Assembly: GCA_041622995.1 (NCBI GenBank)
Contig: JBFJXR010000002.1
Coordinates: 68,084-132,083, forward strand
Length of the DNA: 64,000 nucleotides
Source: Nevskiales bacterium
GTDB lineage: Bacteria; Pseudomonadota; Gammaproteobacteria; Nevskiales; CAJXLF01
Reading direction: 5' to 3'
Of the stretch, positions 29,817-39,432 are shown piece by piece. The translations under genes were made by a program, and so were the position numbers. The notes beneath the pieces were generated by a model. That model had not been told where the DNA came from. It made no database searches and saw only the letters and a list, made by a program, of their open reading frames with translations. Within the stretch, counting starts at the first letter, position 1. Each line of letters starts with the position of its first letter.

Positions 29817-31217
29817 ATGAATATCAATAAATACGTTACTTCTCATAAGAGGCAGGCATTCATTTTTTGTGCATCAGCTTCAATTATTCTTTACGCAACA
29901 CTCGCACGTGCCGATCAGGTGATTCTGGATGATTTGATTGTTGATGGCAGTATTTGCGTAGGTCTGGACTGCGTCAATGGTGAAAGCTTTGGTTTTGATA
30001 CCCTGCGCTTAAAGGAAAATAATCTTCGCATTAAATTTCAGGACACCTCCACTTCTGCAAGCTTTCCTACAAATGACTGGCAGATCACAGCTAATGACTC
30101 TTCCAATGGAGGCGCAAATAAATTTTCAATAGATGATATTGATGGAGGCCGTACCCCATTTACTTTGGAGGCAGGCGCGCCCAGCCATTCTTTGTATGTG
30201 GATGATGGAGGAAGGCTTGGTCTGGGCACGTCAACGCCAGTTGTTGATGTGCATGTTAAATCAGGCAATACGCCTACATTACGTCTGGAGCAGGATGGCA
30301 CTTCCGGGTTTTCGCCTCAAACCTGGGATGTGGCTGGAAACGAAGCGAATTTCTTTATCAGGGATACGACTAACGGTTCAAAATTGCCATTCAGGTTATT
30401 TCCAAATGCGCCTTCAAATGCTTTGACAATTGAAGGCGTGACTGGTGATATTGGACTGGGGACTACATCACCGGATAGCGTGCTTCATTTACGACGGACA
30501 AATGTAAATGAACCTAAGATAAAAGTTCATAATGCTGGTGGATTGGGAGGAGCTTCAATTGACCTGGTAAATGATTTTTCAGGTGACGCTTGGAAAATAA
30601 CGTCCAAGGAACAGGGGGGGTTTAAAATTCGGGATGATGCTAATAGCTTTGATGCTTTGGTGATTAATCGGGCTGAAGTAGCTGGTCAAAATAGACCATT
30701 TGTAGGTTTTAATGTTGAGCCACCCGTTCAGGCAATTGATACTTGGACAGGAGCGCAACTAACGATTGGTGGTGTGTGGACAAACGCTTCTGATGTCGCA
30801 TTAAAACAGGGATTTGAGAATGTCGATGCAAGAATTATCCTGGCAACTGTCAGTGAACTTCCAATAAGCAGTTGGAGCTATAAGAGCGAGGACTCAAGCA
30901 TTAAGCATATTGGCCCAACCGCGCAGGATTTTCACGCGGCCTTTGGATTAGGTGCCAGTTCAAAGAATATAGGTACAGTAGATGCTGATGGCATTGCCCT
31001 ACTTTCTATCCAAGCATTACATGACCTTGTGAAATCTCTCGAAGCGGCGAATGCATCTCTTCGTGAGGATCAAGCAAAAATGGATGAGCGAAATAGACTA
31101 TTAGAGGCTAAGGTTTCAGAAATGGAGCGAAGTAATGCCAAGCTGGCTGGTTTGCAAATCTCAGCCTCTGAGATAATGCGTCGACTGGAAAGTCTTGAAG
31201 CTTTAAGTTCGGAGTAG
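29817..31217 (+). CDS. Tail-fibre-domain protein with a C-terminal peptidase-S74 intramolecular chaperone domain and a terminal coiled coil
   Basis: 466 aa. N-terminal signal/anchor. Conserved N-domain LDDLIVDGSICVGLDCVNGESFGFDTLRLKENNLRIKFQDTS...NDWQITAND. S74 motif S-D-V-A-L-K (nt 30789-30806), then LPISSWSYK...KHIGPTAQDFHAAFGLG...VDADGIALLSIQAL, and a heptad-rich tail. Confidence 0.8.
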   Translation: MNINKYVTSHKRQAFIFCASASIILYATLARADQVILDDLIVDGSICVGLDCVNGESFGFDTLRLKENNLRIKFQDTSTSASFPTNDWQITANDSSNGGANKFSIDDIDGGRTPFTLEAGAPSHSLYVDDGGRLGLGTSTPVVDVHVKSGNTPTLRLEQDGTSGFSPQTWDVAGNEANFFIRDTTNGSKLPFRLFPNAPSNALTIEGVTGDIGLGTTSPDSVLHLRRTNVNEPKIKVHNAGGLGGASIDLVNDFSGDAWKITSKEQGGFKIRDDANSFDALVINRAEVAGQNRPFVGFNVEPPVQAIDTWTGAQLTIGGVWTNASDVALKQGFENVDARIILATVSELPISSWSYKSEDSSIKHIGPTAQDFHAAFGLGASSKNIGTVDADGIALLSIQALHDLVKSLEAANASLREDQAKMDERNRLLEAKVSEMERSNAKLAGLQISASEIMRRLESLEALSSE

Positions 31218-31250
31218 AGTTGAAAGTAAGACATGGGAGATAATGCCCAT

Positions 31251-31278
31251 AAAAAGCCCCCGATAGGGGGCTTTTTAT
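31251..31278. terminator. Bidirectional rho-independent terminator between the tail-fibre-like gene and tRNA-Val
   Basis: AAAAAGCCCCC-GATA-GGGGGCTTTTT is a perfect stem flanked by an A-run and a T-run. Confidence 0.8.
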
Positions 31279-31283
31279 TAAGT

Positions 31284-31360
31284 TGGTAGGCGCGATTGGA
31301 CTCGAACCAACGACCCCCACCATGTCAAGGTGGTGCTCTAACCAGCTGAGCTACGCGCCT
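31284..31360 (-). tRNA. tRNA-Val (anticodon GAC)
   Basis: The reverse complement AGGCGCGTAGCTCAGCTGGTTAGAGCACCACCTTGACATGGTGGGGGTCGTTGGTTCGAGTCCAATCGCGCCTACCA folds as a cloverleaf. The anticodon loop is TTGACAT and CCA is encoded. Confidence 0.95.
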
Positions 31361-31444
31361 GTTGAGGCCGCGAAGATTATACAATTTGTATCAAGACAGC
31401 AAGCATTAGACTGTAGGCAATCTCGCTTGATGATTTTTTTAGTG

Positions 31445-33499
31445 TTACAGCTTGCCGGTTTTCAGGGCATCCTCTAGCTGTTTAATCTGATCACGTGTTT
31501 TCGCAGCTTCCTCAAATTCCAGATCCCGGGCATGCTGATACATTTGCTTTTCCAGTTTCTCGAGTTCCTTGCCAAGCTTTGAAGCAGACATGCTGCTGTA
31601 ATCGATGGTGGGTTCGGCGACTTTCTGCTGCTTCCCTTTACCTGGTCGGTAGTTCTCGAAACCCTGATGCATGACATCAGCGACGGCTTTCTGGATACTT
31701 TTGGGCGTGATGCCGTGTTCAAGATTATGGGCGACCTGTTTTTGGCGCCTGCGGTCGGTTTCATCTATGGCGCGACGCATGGAGCCTGTAATGCGGTCTG
31801 CGTAGAGTATGGCCTTACCGTTGAGGTTACGCGCAGCACGTCCTATGGTCTGGATCAGGGAGCGATCTGAGCGAAGGAAGCCTTCCTTGTCGGCATCCAG
31901 AATGGCGACAAGTGAAACTTCCGGTATATCCAGGCCTTCGCGCAGCAGGTTTATGCCGACCAGCACATCAAATTCACCCAGCCTCAGGTCACGCAGAATC
32001 TCGGCACGCTCAACGGTATCAATATCTGAATGCAGGTAACGCACGCGTACGCCGTTCTCGTGCAGATAGTCGGTCAAGTCTTCTGCCATACGCTTGGTCA
32101 GTGTGGTGACCAGTACCCGTTCCTGCTTGGCAGTGCGCTCATTGACTTCACTTAGTAAATCGTCAACCTGTGTGCCTGCAGGTCGTATTTCTACTTCCGG
32201 ATCGACGAGGCCGGTAGGTCGTACAACCTGATCGATGATTTGTCCGGAATGCTCCATTTCATAGGTGCTGGGTGTTGCTGATATGAACAATGTCTGTGGG
32301 ATGATGCGCTCGAACTCTTCAAATTTGAGCGGGCGATTATCCAGCGCAGACGGCAATCGGAAGCCATATTCAACCAGTGTGGTTTTACGTGAGCGGTCGC
32401 CTTTATACATTGCGCCGATTTGCGGTGTGGTCACGTGACTTTCATCGATCACAAGCAAAGCGTCAGCGGGTAGGTAGTCCAGCAGGCAGGGGGGGGGTTG
32501 ACCGGGGCCACGACCCGAAAGATAACGTGAGTAGTTCTCAATGCCCGAGCAGTAGCCGAGTTCCTGGATCATCTCCATATCAAATATCGTGCGCTGCTCC
32601 AGGCGTTGCATCTCCACCAGTTTGTTCAGGCCTTTCAACTCTGCCAAACGTTCATGCAGCTCTTCCTTGATGGCATCCATCGCGCCCATCATGCGTTCAC
32701 GCGGTGTGACGTAATGCGTCTTGGGAAAGATGGTGTAGCGCGGTAATTTGCGCCGAATCTCGCCAGTCAAAGGATCAAACAGGCTGAGTGACTCGATTTC
32801 GTCGTCAAATAATTCTATGCGGACGGCTTCGTCGTCAGTATCGGCCGGGTGAATGTCAATAATGTCCCCACGCACTCGAAACGTACCGCGTCGGAGTTCG
32901 ACGTCGTTACGTGTGTATTGCAGTTCTGCCAAACGACGCAGAATTTCCCGCTGATCAATACGATCGCCCTTGTCCAGGTGCATGACCATTTCAAAATAAA
33001 GCTCGGGGTCACCCAGTCCATAAATGGCCGAGACGGATGCAACAATAATCACATCCGGTCGAGAGAGCAGGGCCTTGGTCGCTGACAGGCGCATCTGCTC
33101 GATGTGCTCGTTGATGGAGCTGTCTTTGTCTATAAAGGTATCGCTTGAAGGTATATAGGCTTCAGGCTGGTAGTAGTCGTAATAGGAAACAAAGTATTCC
33201 ACTGCGTTGTGCGGGAAAAAATCACGGAATTCGCCGTAGAGCTGTGCAGCCAGCGTCTTGTTTGGGGCCATGACAAGGGTAGGGCGCTGCACCTGCTGTA
33301 TGACATTGGCCACACTGAAGGTCTTTCCCGAGCCAGTCACACCGAGCAGTGTCTGATGGCTCAAGCCGCTTTCCAGACCTTCCACCATCTTTTCGATGGC
33401 AGCGGGCTGGTCACCCGCAGGTGCCCAGTCGGCCACTAATTTGAATCCTGCTTCTTCCATTCCTGCTTCGGTTTTAGTCGTGGTCATTGGTTTGGGCAT
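31445..33499 (-). CDS. uvrB: Excinuclease ABC subunit B
   Basis: 684 aa. [20 protein letters not shown], and the C-terminal UVR domain ([16 protein letters not shown]). The true start may be the internal Met at 33460 (MEEAGFKL...), which aligns with the E. coli N-terminus. Confidence 0.95.
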   Translation of the reverse strand: MPKPMTTTKTEAGMEEAGFKLVADWAPAGDQPAAIEKMVEGLESGLSHQTLLGVTGSGKTFSVANVIQQVQRPTLVMAPNKTLAAQLYGEFRDFFPHNAVEYFVSYYDYYQPEAYIPSSDTFIDKDSSINEHIEQMRLSATKALLSRPDVIIVASVSAIYGLGDPELYFEMVMHLDKGDRIDQREILRRLAELQYTRNDVELRRGTFRVRGDIIDIHPADTDDEAVRIELFDDEIESLSLFDPLTGEIRRKLPRYTIFPKTHYVTPRERMMGAMDAIKEELHERLAELKGLNKLVEMQRLEQRTIFDMEMIQELGYCSGIENYSRYLSGRGPGQPPPCLLDYLPADALLVIDESHVTTPQIGAMYKGDRSRKTTLVEYGFRLPSALDNRPLKFEEFERIIPQTLFISATPSTYEMEHSGQIIDQVVRPTGLVDPEVEIRPAGTQVDDLLSEVNERTAKQERVLVTTLTKRMAEDLTDYLHENGVRVRYLHSDIDTVERAEILRDLRLGEFDVLVGINLLREGLDIPEVSLVAILDADKEGFLRSDRSLIQTIGRAARNLNGKAILYADRITGSMRRAIDETDRRRQKQVAHNLEHGITPKSIQKAVADVMHQGFENYRPGKGKQQKVAEPTIDYSSMSASKLGKELEKLEKQMYQHARDLEFEEAAKTRDQIKQLEDALKTGKL

Positions 33500-33572
33500 C
33501 CAGTATCATACCGCCCGTTTTCTATTCGGTCTTCAGACCTTTTGTTTTTGCAACAAACAGCAGAGTGCCCAG

Positions 33573-34751
33573 ATGCAACTTTCAGATCGTGTTCAACGAA
33601 TCAAACCCTCTCCAACGCTGGCTGTCACCGCCCGCGCAGCTGAACTGCGCGCTGCCGGTAAGGATATTATTGGCCTGGGTGCCGGTGAGCCGGATTTTGA
33701 TACGCCTGAGCACATAAAAGCAGCCGCTACTGCCGCTATCGCGGAAGGTTTTACCAAATACACGCCTGTTGGCGGTACGCCCGGACTCAAGCAGGCGGTT
33801 ATAGATAAATTCCAGCGCGATAACGGTTTGACCTACAGCGCTGCTCAACTACTCGTTTCCTGTGGGGGAAAGCAGAGCTTCTTTAATCTATGCCAGGCGC
33901 TGCTGAATGATGGCGACGAGGTTGTGATACCGGCGCCTTTCTGGGTCTCCTATCCCGATATGGCGCTGCTGGCCGGTGGTGAGCCGGTCATAGTACCGAC
34001 GACGATCGATGAGCATTTCAAACTGACGCCTGCGAAACTGGAAGCCGCGCTGACTGATAAAACCCGCCTGATGGTGATCAATAGCCCGTCAAATCCGACG
34101 GGTAAGGCTTACAGCCGTGCTGAACTGGAAGCCCTGGGTGAGGTGCTGCGTAAGTATCCTGATGTCATCATCGCGACGGATGACATGTACGAACATATCC
34201 TGTGGACGGAAGAGGGCTTCGTAAACATTCTTAATGCCTGTCCTGATCTATATGATCGTACGATGGTGCTGAACGGGGTGTCCAAGGCCTATTCGATGAC
34301 CGGTTGGCGAATTGGCTATGCTGCAGGGCCGGAAAAACTGATCAAGGCGATGACCAATATTCAGTCGCAGAGCACCTCCAACCCGACATCGATTTCGCAG
34401 CGTGCAGCAGAGGCCGCGCTGAATGGTGAGCAGGCATGTGTTGCCGAGATGGTCGTGGCCTTCAAGGCGCGGCATGACTATGTGCTGGAAACCCTGAATG
34501 CCATGCCGGGTGTTCGTTGTCTACCATCAGAAGGTACCTTTTACTCTTTCCCGGATTTCTCGGACGTCATTGAGCGTCTCGAAGGCATTGAAGACGATCT
34601 TCAGTTCGGTGAATTCCTGATTGAAAAGGCAGGCGTGGCGATGGTGCCGGGCTCAGCATTTGGCGCGCCAGGTGCTATGCGTATCTCATTTGCTACCAGT
34701 CAGGACAACTTGGAAAAGGCGCTGGAAAGAGTCGCAAGGGCGATTGCATAG
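33573..34751 (+). CDS. Aspartate aminotransferase (class I/II, type Ib)
   Basis: Starts MQLSDRVQRIKPSPTLAVTARAAELRAAGKDIIGLGAGEPDFDTP, then NSPSNPTG and SKAYSMTGWRIGY (PLP lysine). The ORF-track start at 33396 overlaps uvrB and is unlikely to be real. Confidence 0.9.
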   Translation: MQLSDRVQRIKPSPTLAVTARAAELRAAGKDIIGLGAGEPDFDTPEHIKAAATAAIAEGFTKYTPVGGTPGLKQAVIDKFQRDNGLTYSAAQLLVSCGGKQSFFNLCQALLNDGDEVVIPAPFWVSYPDMALLAGGEPVIVPTTIDEHFKLTPAKLEAALTDKTRLMVINSPSNPTGKAYSRAELEALGEVLRKYPDVIIATDDMYEHILWTEEGFVNILNACPDLYDRTMVLNGVSKAYSMTGWRIGYAAGPEKLIKAMTNIQSQSTSNPTSISQRAAEAALNGEQACVAEMVVAFKARHDYVLETLNAMPGVRCLPSEGTFYSFPDFSDVIERLEGIEDDLQFGEFLIEKAGVAMVPGSAFGAPGAMRISFATSQDNLEKALERVARAIA

Positions 34752-34810
34752 GTTTAAAGGCAAGTAGCGCTTGCCTCGGATGGCGTGTTTCTCTAAGATA
34801 CGCGCCCTCT

Positions 34811-34886
<76 letters not shown>

Positions 34887-34893
34887 AAAAAAC

Positions 34894-34926
34894 AAGGGGT
34901 GGCAGAAATGCCACCCCTTTTTTTTG
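34894..34926 (+). terminator. Rho-independent terminator after tRNA-Asn
   Basis: AAGGGGTGGC-AGAAAT-GCCACCCCTT followed by TTTTTTT. Confidence 0.85.
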
Positions 34927-35128
34927 GATCGAGTAAGGCTCACCTCCACAGGCGGCTGACGGATGCCGTCCATGGCATCCGCCCTTCGGGCGCGCTGTGC
35001 GCGTCCCATTCTGATCCAGTCAGAATGGTCGAGCCCGTAACTAACGTTGACAGTGATCCCCCGTCTACGGACAATTGCGCCCCAATTGATGCCTATATGG
35101 TTTCTTTGTCTTTTTACAGCTTAACCAC

Positions 35129-35149
35129 GCGGCCTTTCGTAGGGGTCGC
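35129..35149 (+). promoter_or_regulatory. Putative thrS translational operator (tRNA-Thr anticodon-arm mimic)
   Basis: A 7-bp stem GCGGCCT/GGGTCGC encloses a 7-nt loop UUCGUAG, that is U33-CGU-A37. It lies 4 nt upstream of the GGAGGA Shine-Dalgarno (35154-35159) and the ATG at 35163. This is analogous to the E. coli thrS operator. Confidence 0.5.
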
Positions 35150-35162
35150 CACTGGAGGAAAA

Positions 35163-37073
35163 ATGCCTGTTATTACATTACCCGATGGTTCCCAACGTGC
35201 TTTTGACGCGCCTGTCACTGTTTACCAGGTAGCAGAAGATATCGGCCCCGGTCTCGCCAAGGCTGCCTTGGCTGGCAAGGTCAACGGTACAGAGGTTGAT
35301 ACCAGCTTTCTGATTGAAGAAGACGCCGAGATTGCGATCATTACGGGTCGTGATGACGAAGGGCTAGAGATCATTCGCCACTCAACTGCGCATCTGCTCG
35401 CTCAAGCGGTTAAAGAGGTGTATCCGGAAGCGCAGGTTACAATCGGGCCCGTAATCGAAGACGGTTTTTATTACGACTTTGCTTACGAACGCCCGTTCAC
35501 ACCCGATGATCTGGAAAAGATCGAAGCACGCATGGCCGAGCTCGCGGCCGCTGATCATCAGGTTCAGCGTCAGGTGATGCCCCGCGATGAGGCGGTTGAG
35601 TTTTTCCGTAAGCAGGGCGAGGAATACAAAGCTGAAATCATTGAAAGCATTCCATCCAACGAAGATATCTCGCTCTATGGTCAGGGTGATTTCGTTGATC
35701 TTTGTCGTGGCCCGCACGTACCCGCTACAGGCAAGCTGGCGCATTTCAAATTGATGAAGGTTGCCGGTGCCTATTGGCGCGGTGATTCAAACAACGAGAT
35801 GCTGCAGCGTATTTACGGCACAGCCTGGAGCGACAAGAAGCAGCTCAAGCAGTATCTGCACCGTCTGGAAGAGGCGGGCAAGCGTGATCATCGTGTCATC
35901 GGCAAGAAGTTGGACCTGTTCCACATGCAGGAAGAAGCGCCCGGCATGGTGTTCTGGCATGACTCAGGCTGGACGGTTTATCGCGAGGTTGAGAACTACA
36001 TACGTGATTTGCTGAGAAACAACGGCTACGAGGAAGTGCGCACACCACAGGTGATCGACAAGGTCCTGTGGGAAAAATCCGGCCACATGGCCAAGTTCTC
36101 GGACGACATGTTCATGACGGCTTCCGAGAATCGTGAATATGCCATCAAGCCGATGAACTGTCCGGCGCATTTGCAGATTTATAATCAGGGTCTGAAAAGC
36201 TATCGTGACCTGCCTTTACGCATGGCGGAATTTGGCTGTTGCCATCGAAATGAGCTTTCTGGCGCTTTGCATGGTTTGATGCGCGTGCGCGGATTTGTGC
36301 AGGATGATGCGCATATCTTCTGTACCGAGGACCAAATCGAGTCAGAAGTGTCAGCTTTTATCGATTTGACCTTTCAGGCCTATAAAGACTTTGGATTTGA
36401 GGACGTAAAGCTGGCGTTATCGCTGCGTCCCGAGCAGCGTGTGGGCTCGGATGAGCTCTGGGACAAGGCTGAAGCTGACCTGAAATCCTGTCTGGATAAC
36501 AAGGATCTGGAATACAAAGTACAGCCGGGTGAGGGCGCATTTTACGGGCCTAAAATAGAATTCACACTGCTGGATTGTCTGGGGCGTGAATGGCAGTGTG
36601 GCACGGTACAGCTGGATTTCTCCATGCCTGAGCGCCTAGATGCCCAGTATGTTTCCGAGGAGGGTGAACGTCGTACACCGGTCATGATTCACCGTGCAAT
36701 CCTGGGTTCTCTGGAGCGATTCATTGGCATATTGATCGAGCAATATGCGGGATCACTGCCTTTATGGCTGTCACCGGTGCAGATTATGGTCATGAATATC
36801 ACTGACCGACAGGCTGATTACGCCCGTGAAATCACAGAAACCCTGAAAAATAGAGGGCTTAGAGCATCTTTCGACTTGAGAAACGAGAAGATCGGCTTTA
36901 AAATCCGCGAGCACACGATTCAGCGTATCCCTTATTTACTGGTAGTTGGTGATAAGGAACAAGAATCAAATACTGTGGCCGTACGAGCGCGAAACGGTGA
37001 TGATCTGGGCACTATGGGCCTTGATGAACTCACTGAACGGTTAAATACCGAGCGCGCACGTCGCGGCCGTTAA
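35163..37073 (+). CDS. thrS: Threonyl-tRNA synthetase
   Basis: 636 aa starting at [20 protein letters not shown] (TGS domain), with HSTAH and class II motifs. The ORF-track start at 34899 lies inside the upstream terminator hairpin and is rejected. Confidence 0.96.
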   Translation: MPVITLPDGSQRAFDAPVTVYQVAEDIGPGLAKAALAGKVNGTEVDTSFLIEEDAEIAIITGRDDEGLEIIRHSTAHLLAQAVKEVYPEAQVTIGPVIEDGFYYDFAYERPFTPDDLEKIEARMAELAAADHQVQRQVMPRDEAVEFFRKQGEEYKAEIIESIPSNEDISLYGQGDFVDLCRGPHVPATGKLAHFKLMKVAGAYWRGDSNNEMLQRIYGTAWSDKKQLKQYLHRLEEAGKRDHRVIGKKLDLFHMQEEAPGMVFWHDSGWTVYREVENYIRDLLRNNGYEEVRTPQVIDKVLWEKSGHMAKFSDDMFMTASENREYAIKPMNCPAHLQIYNQGLKSYRDLPLRMAEFGCCHRNELSGALHGLMRVRGFVQDDAHIFCTEDQIESEVSAFIDLTFQAYKDFGFEDVKLALSLRPEQRVGSDELWDKAEADLKSCLDNKDLEYKVQPGEGAFYGPKIEFTLLDCLGREWQCGTVQLDFSMPERLDAQYVSEEGERRTPVMIHRAILGSLERFIGILIEQYAGSLPLWLSPVQIMVMNITDRQADYAREITETLKNRGLRASFDLRNEKIGFKIREHTIQRIPYLLVVGDKEQESNTVAVRARNGDDLGTMGLDELTERLNTERARRGR

Positions 37074-37111
37074 TATTTTTTACGTCCCGTATTTTAGCGG
37101 AGGAACTGGAT

Positions 37112-37639
37112 ATTTCAGATCGTCAAGACCGTCGTAACGAAGAAATTACGGCGCCCGAACTCAGATTGATTTCTGATGACGGAGAGCAACTCGGAATTTT
37201 GAGCCTGGCTGATGCATTAGCTAAAGCTGCAGAAATGGGAATGGATCTGGTTGAGGTGTCTCCAAATGCGACACCGCCTGTGGCCAAGGTTATGGATCAT
37301 GGCAAGTACCAGTTTCAGAAGAGCAAATCCCAGCAGGCTGCCCGAAAGAAGCAGAAACAGATTCAGGTTAAGGAAATCAAGTTTCGTCCGGGCACCGATA
37401 TAGGCGATTACAAGACCAAACTGAACAAACTGACTCAGTTTCTTGAGGATGGCGACAAGATCAAGGTGACTTTACGTTTCCGTGGTCGTGAAATGGCGCA
37501 TCAGGAACTGGGTCGTGATTTGTTGATACGTGTGCGTGATGATTTATCCGAGCTCGGTGTAGTCGAGCAGGAACCAAAGAGTGAAGGGCGCCTGATGGTG
37601 ATGGTCATGGCGCCGAAGAAATCCAGTAAATCGGATTGA
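37112..37639 (+). CDS. infC: Translation initiation factor IF-3, initiated at an AUU codon
   Basis: Extending the ORF in frame upstream of the TTG at 37166 gives (I)[31 protein letters not shown]..., which aligns with the IF-3 N-terminus. ATT at 37112 is preceded by GGAGGA with 6-nt spacing. An AUU start is the conserved autoregulatory feature of infC. Confidence 0.88.
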   Translation: MSDRQDRRNEEITAPELRLISDDGEQLGILSLADALAKAAEMGMDLVEVSPNATPPVAKVMDHGKYQFQKSKSQQAARKKQKQIQVKEIKFRPGTDIGDYKTKLNKLTQFLEDGDKIKVTLRFRGREMAHQELGRDLLIRVRDDLSELGVVEQEPKSEGRLMVMVMAPKKSSKSD

Positions 37640-37661
37640 GTAGAGTTTTTAGGAGTTAGAT

Positions 37662-37856
37662 ATGCCGAAGATGAAGTCAAACCGTGGGGCCGCCAAGCGC
37701 TTTACGGCTACAGCAAATGGCTTTAAACGCAAGAAAGCGTTTAAAAACCATATCCTGACCAAAAAATCGCCGAAGACAATACGTCAGCTGCGTACAAGTG
37801 GTCAGGTTAACGAAAGCGATAAGGCTGCCGTTAAGAAGATGCTGCCATACGCCTAA
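37662..37856 (+). CDS. rpmI: 50S ribosomal protein L35
   Basis: 64 aa, [14 protein letters not shown]... Confidence 0.96.
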   Translation: MPKMKSNRGAAKRFTATANGFKRKKAFKNHILTKKSPKTIRQLRTSGQVNESDKAAVKKMLPYA

Positions 37857-37950
37857 GGCCCCGGTCTTAGAGTTAGCAGTTGTAACGGGCGCGTTCGGGC
37901 CATTAGGCATTGCCTGGCCGCCCATGAAACCACTCACTTAGGAGAAGAAA

Positions 37951-38307
37951 ATGCCAAGAGTAAAGAGAGGCGTCACCAGCCACGCCAAGCACAAGAAGGT
38001 GCTCAAAAAGGCGAAAGGTTATTACGGCGCACGTAGCCGTACCTTTAAAGTTGCCAATCAGGCCGTCACCAAAGCCGGGCAGTATGCCTACCGTGACCGC
38101 CGTCAGCGCAAGCGTCAGTTCCGCGCGCTCTGGATAGTGCGTATTAACGCGGCTTCCAAGGAACTGGGACTTTCCTATAGCCGATTTATGAACGGGCTTA
38201 AGCTCGCCGACATTGAACTCGATCGCAAGGTGCTTGCTGATCTGGCAGTCAATGACAAGCCGGCCTTTACGGCATTGGTAGAGCAAGCCAAGCAAGCGCT
38301 GGCCTAG
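37951..38307 (+). CDS. rplT: 50S ribosomal protein L20
   Basis: 118 aa, [30 protein letters not shown]... Confidence 0.97.
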   Translation: MPRVKRGVTSHAKHKKVLKKAKGYYGARSRTFKVANQAVTKAGQYAYRDRRQRKRQFRALWIVRINAASKELGLSYSRFMNGLKLADIELDRKVLADLAVNDKPAFTALVEQAKQALA

Positions 38308-38365
38308 TCCGCTTCAGGACCCGTTCTGTTCGGCATTACCGAACCAGAATAAACTGTTGATCCAA

Positions 38366-38400
38366 GGGGAAAGGCCGCCCGCCTTTCCCCTTTATTTTTT
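38366..38400 (+). terminator. Rho-independent terminator/attenuator between rplT and pheS
   Basis: GGGGAAAGGC-CGCCC-GCCTTTCCCC followed by TTTATTTTTT. It ends 13 nt before the pheS ATG. Confidence 0.8.
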
Positions 38401-38410
38401 GGAACAGTAA

Positions 38411-39421
<1,011 letters not shown>

Positions 39422-39432
39422 GGGAAGGAACA

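Noticed and set aside
29301-31217. Prophage or phage remnant, suggested by the tail-fibre / S74 domain
   Set aside because: There is no capsid, portal, terminase, baseplate, integrase or lysis gene anywhere in the window, and the flanks are cellular surface genes. I interpret this as a cell-encoded fibre and report it as a finding instead.
31283-31477. 64-aa plus-strand ORF and 71-aa minus-strand ORF overlapping tRNA-Val
   Set aside because: They read through the tRNA-Val gene and its terminator. The tRNA cloverleaf explains the sequence.
33396-33572. N-terminal extension of the aminotransferase ORF, overlapping uvrB
   Set aside because: The extension overlaps the uvrB 5' coding region on the opposite strand. 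Homology to aspartate aminotransferases starts at MQLSDRVQRIKPSPT (33573).
34899-35162. N-terminal 88-codon extension of thrS (724-aa ORF in the track)
   Set aside because: The extension starts inside the tRNA-Asn terminator hairpin and reads through three GC-rich palindromes and the operator hairpin. The ThrRS homology ([10 protein letters not shown]) and a GGAGGA Shine-Dalgarno begin at 35163.
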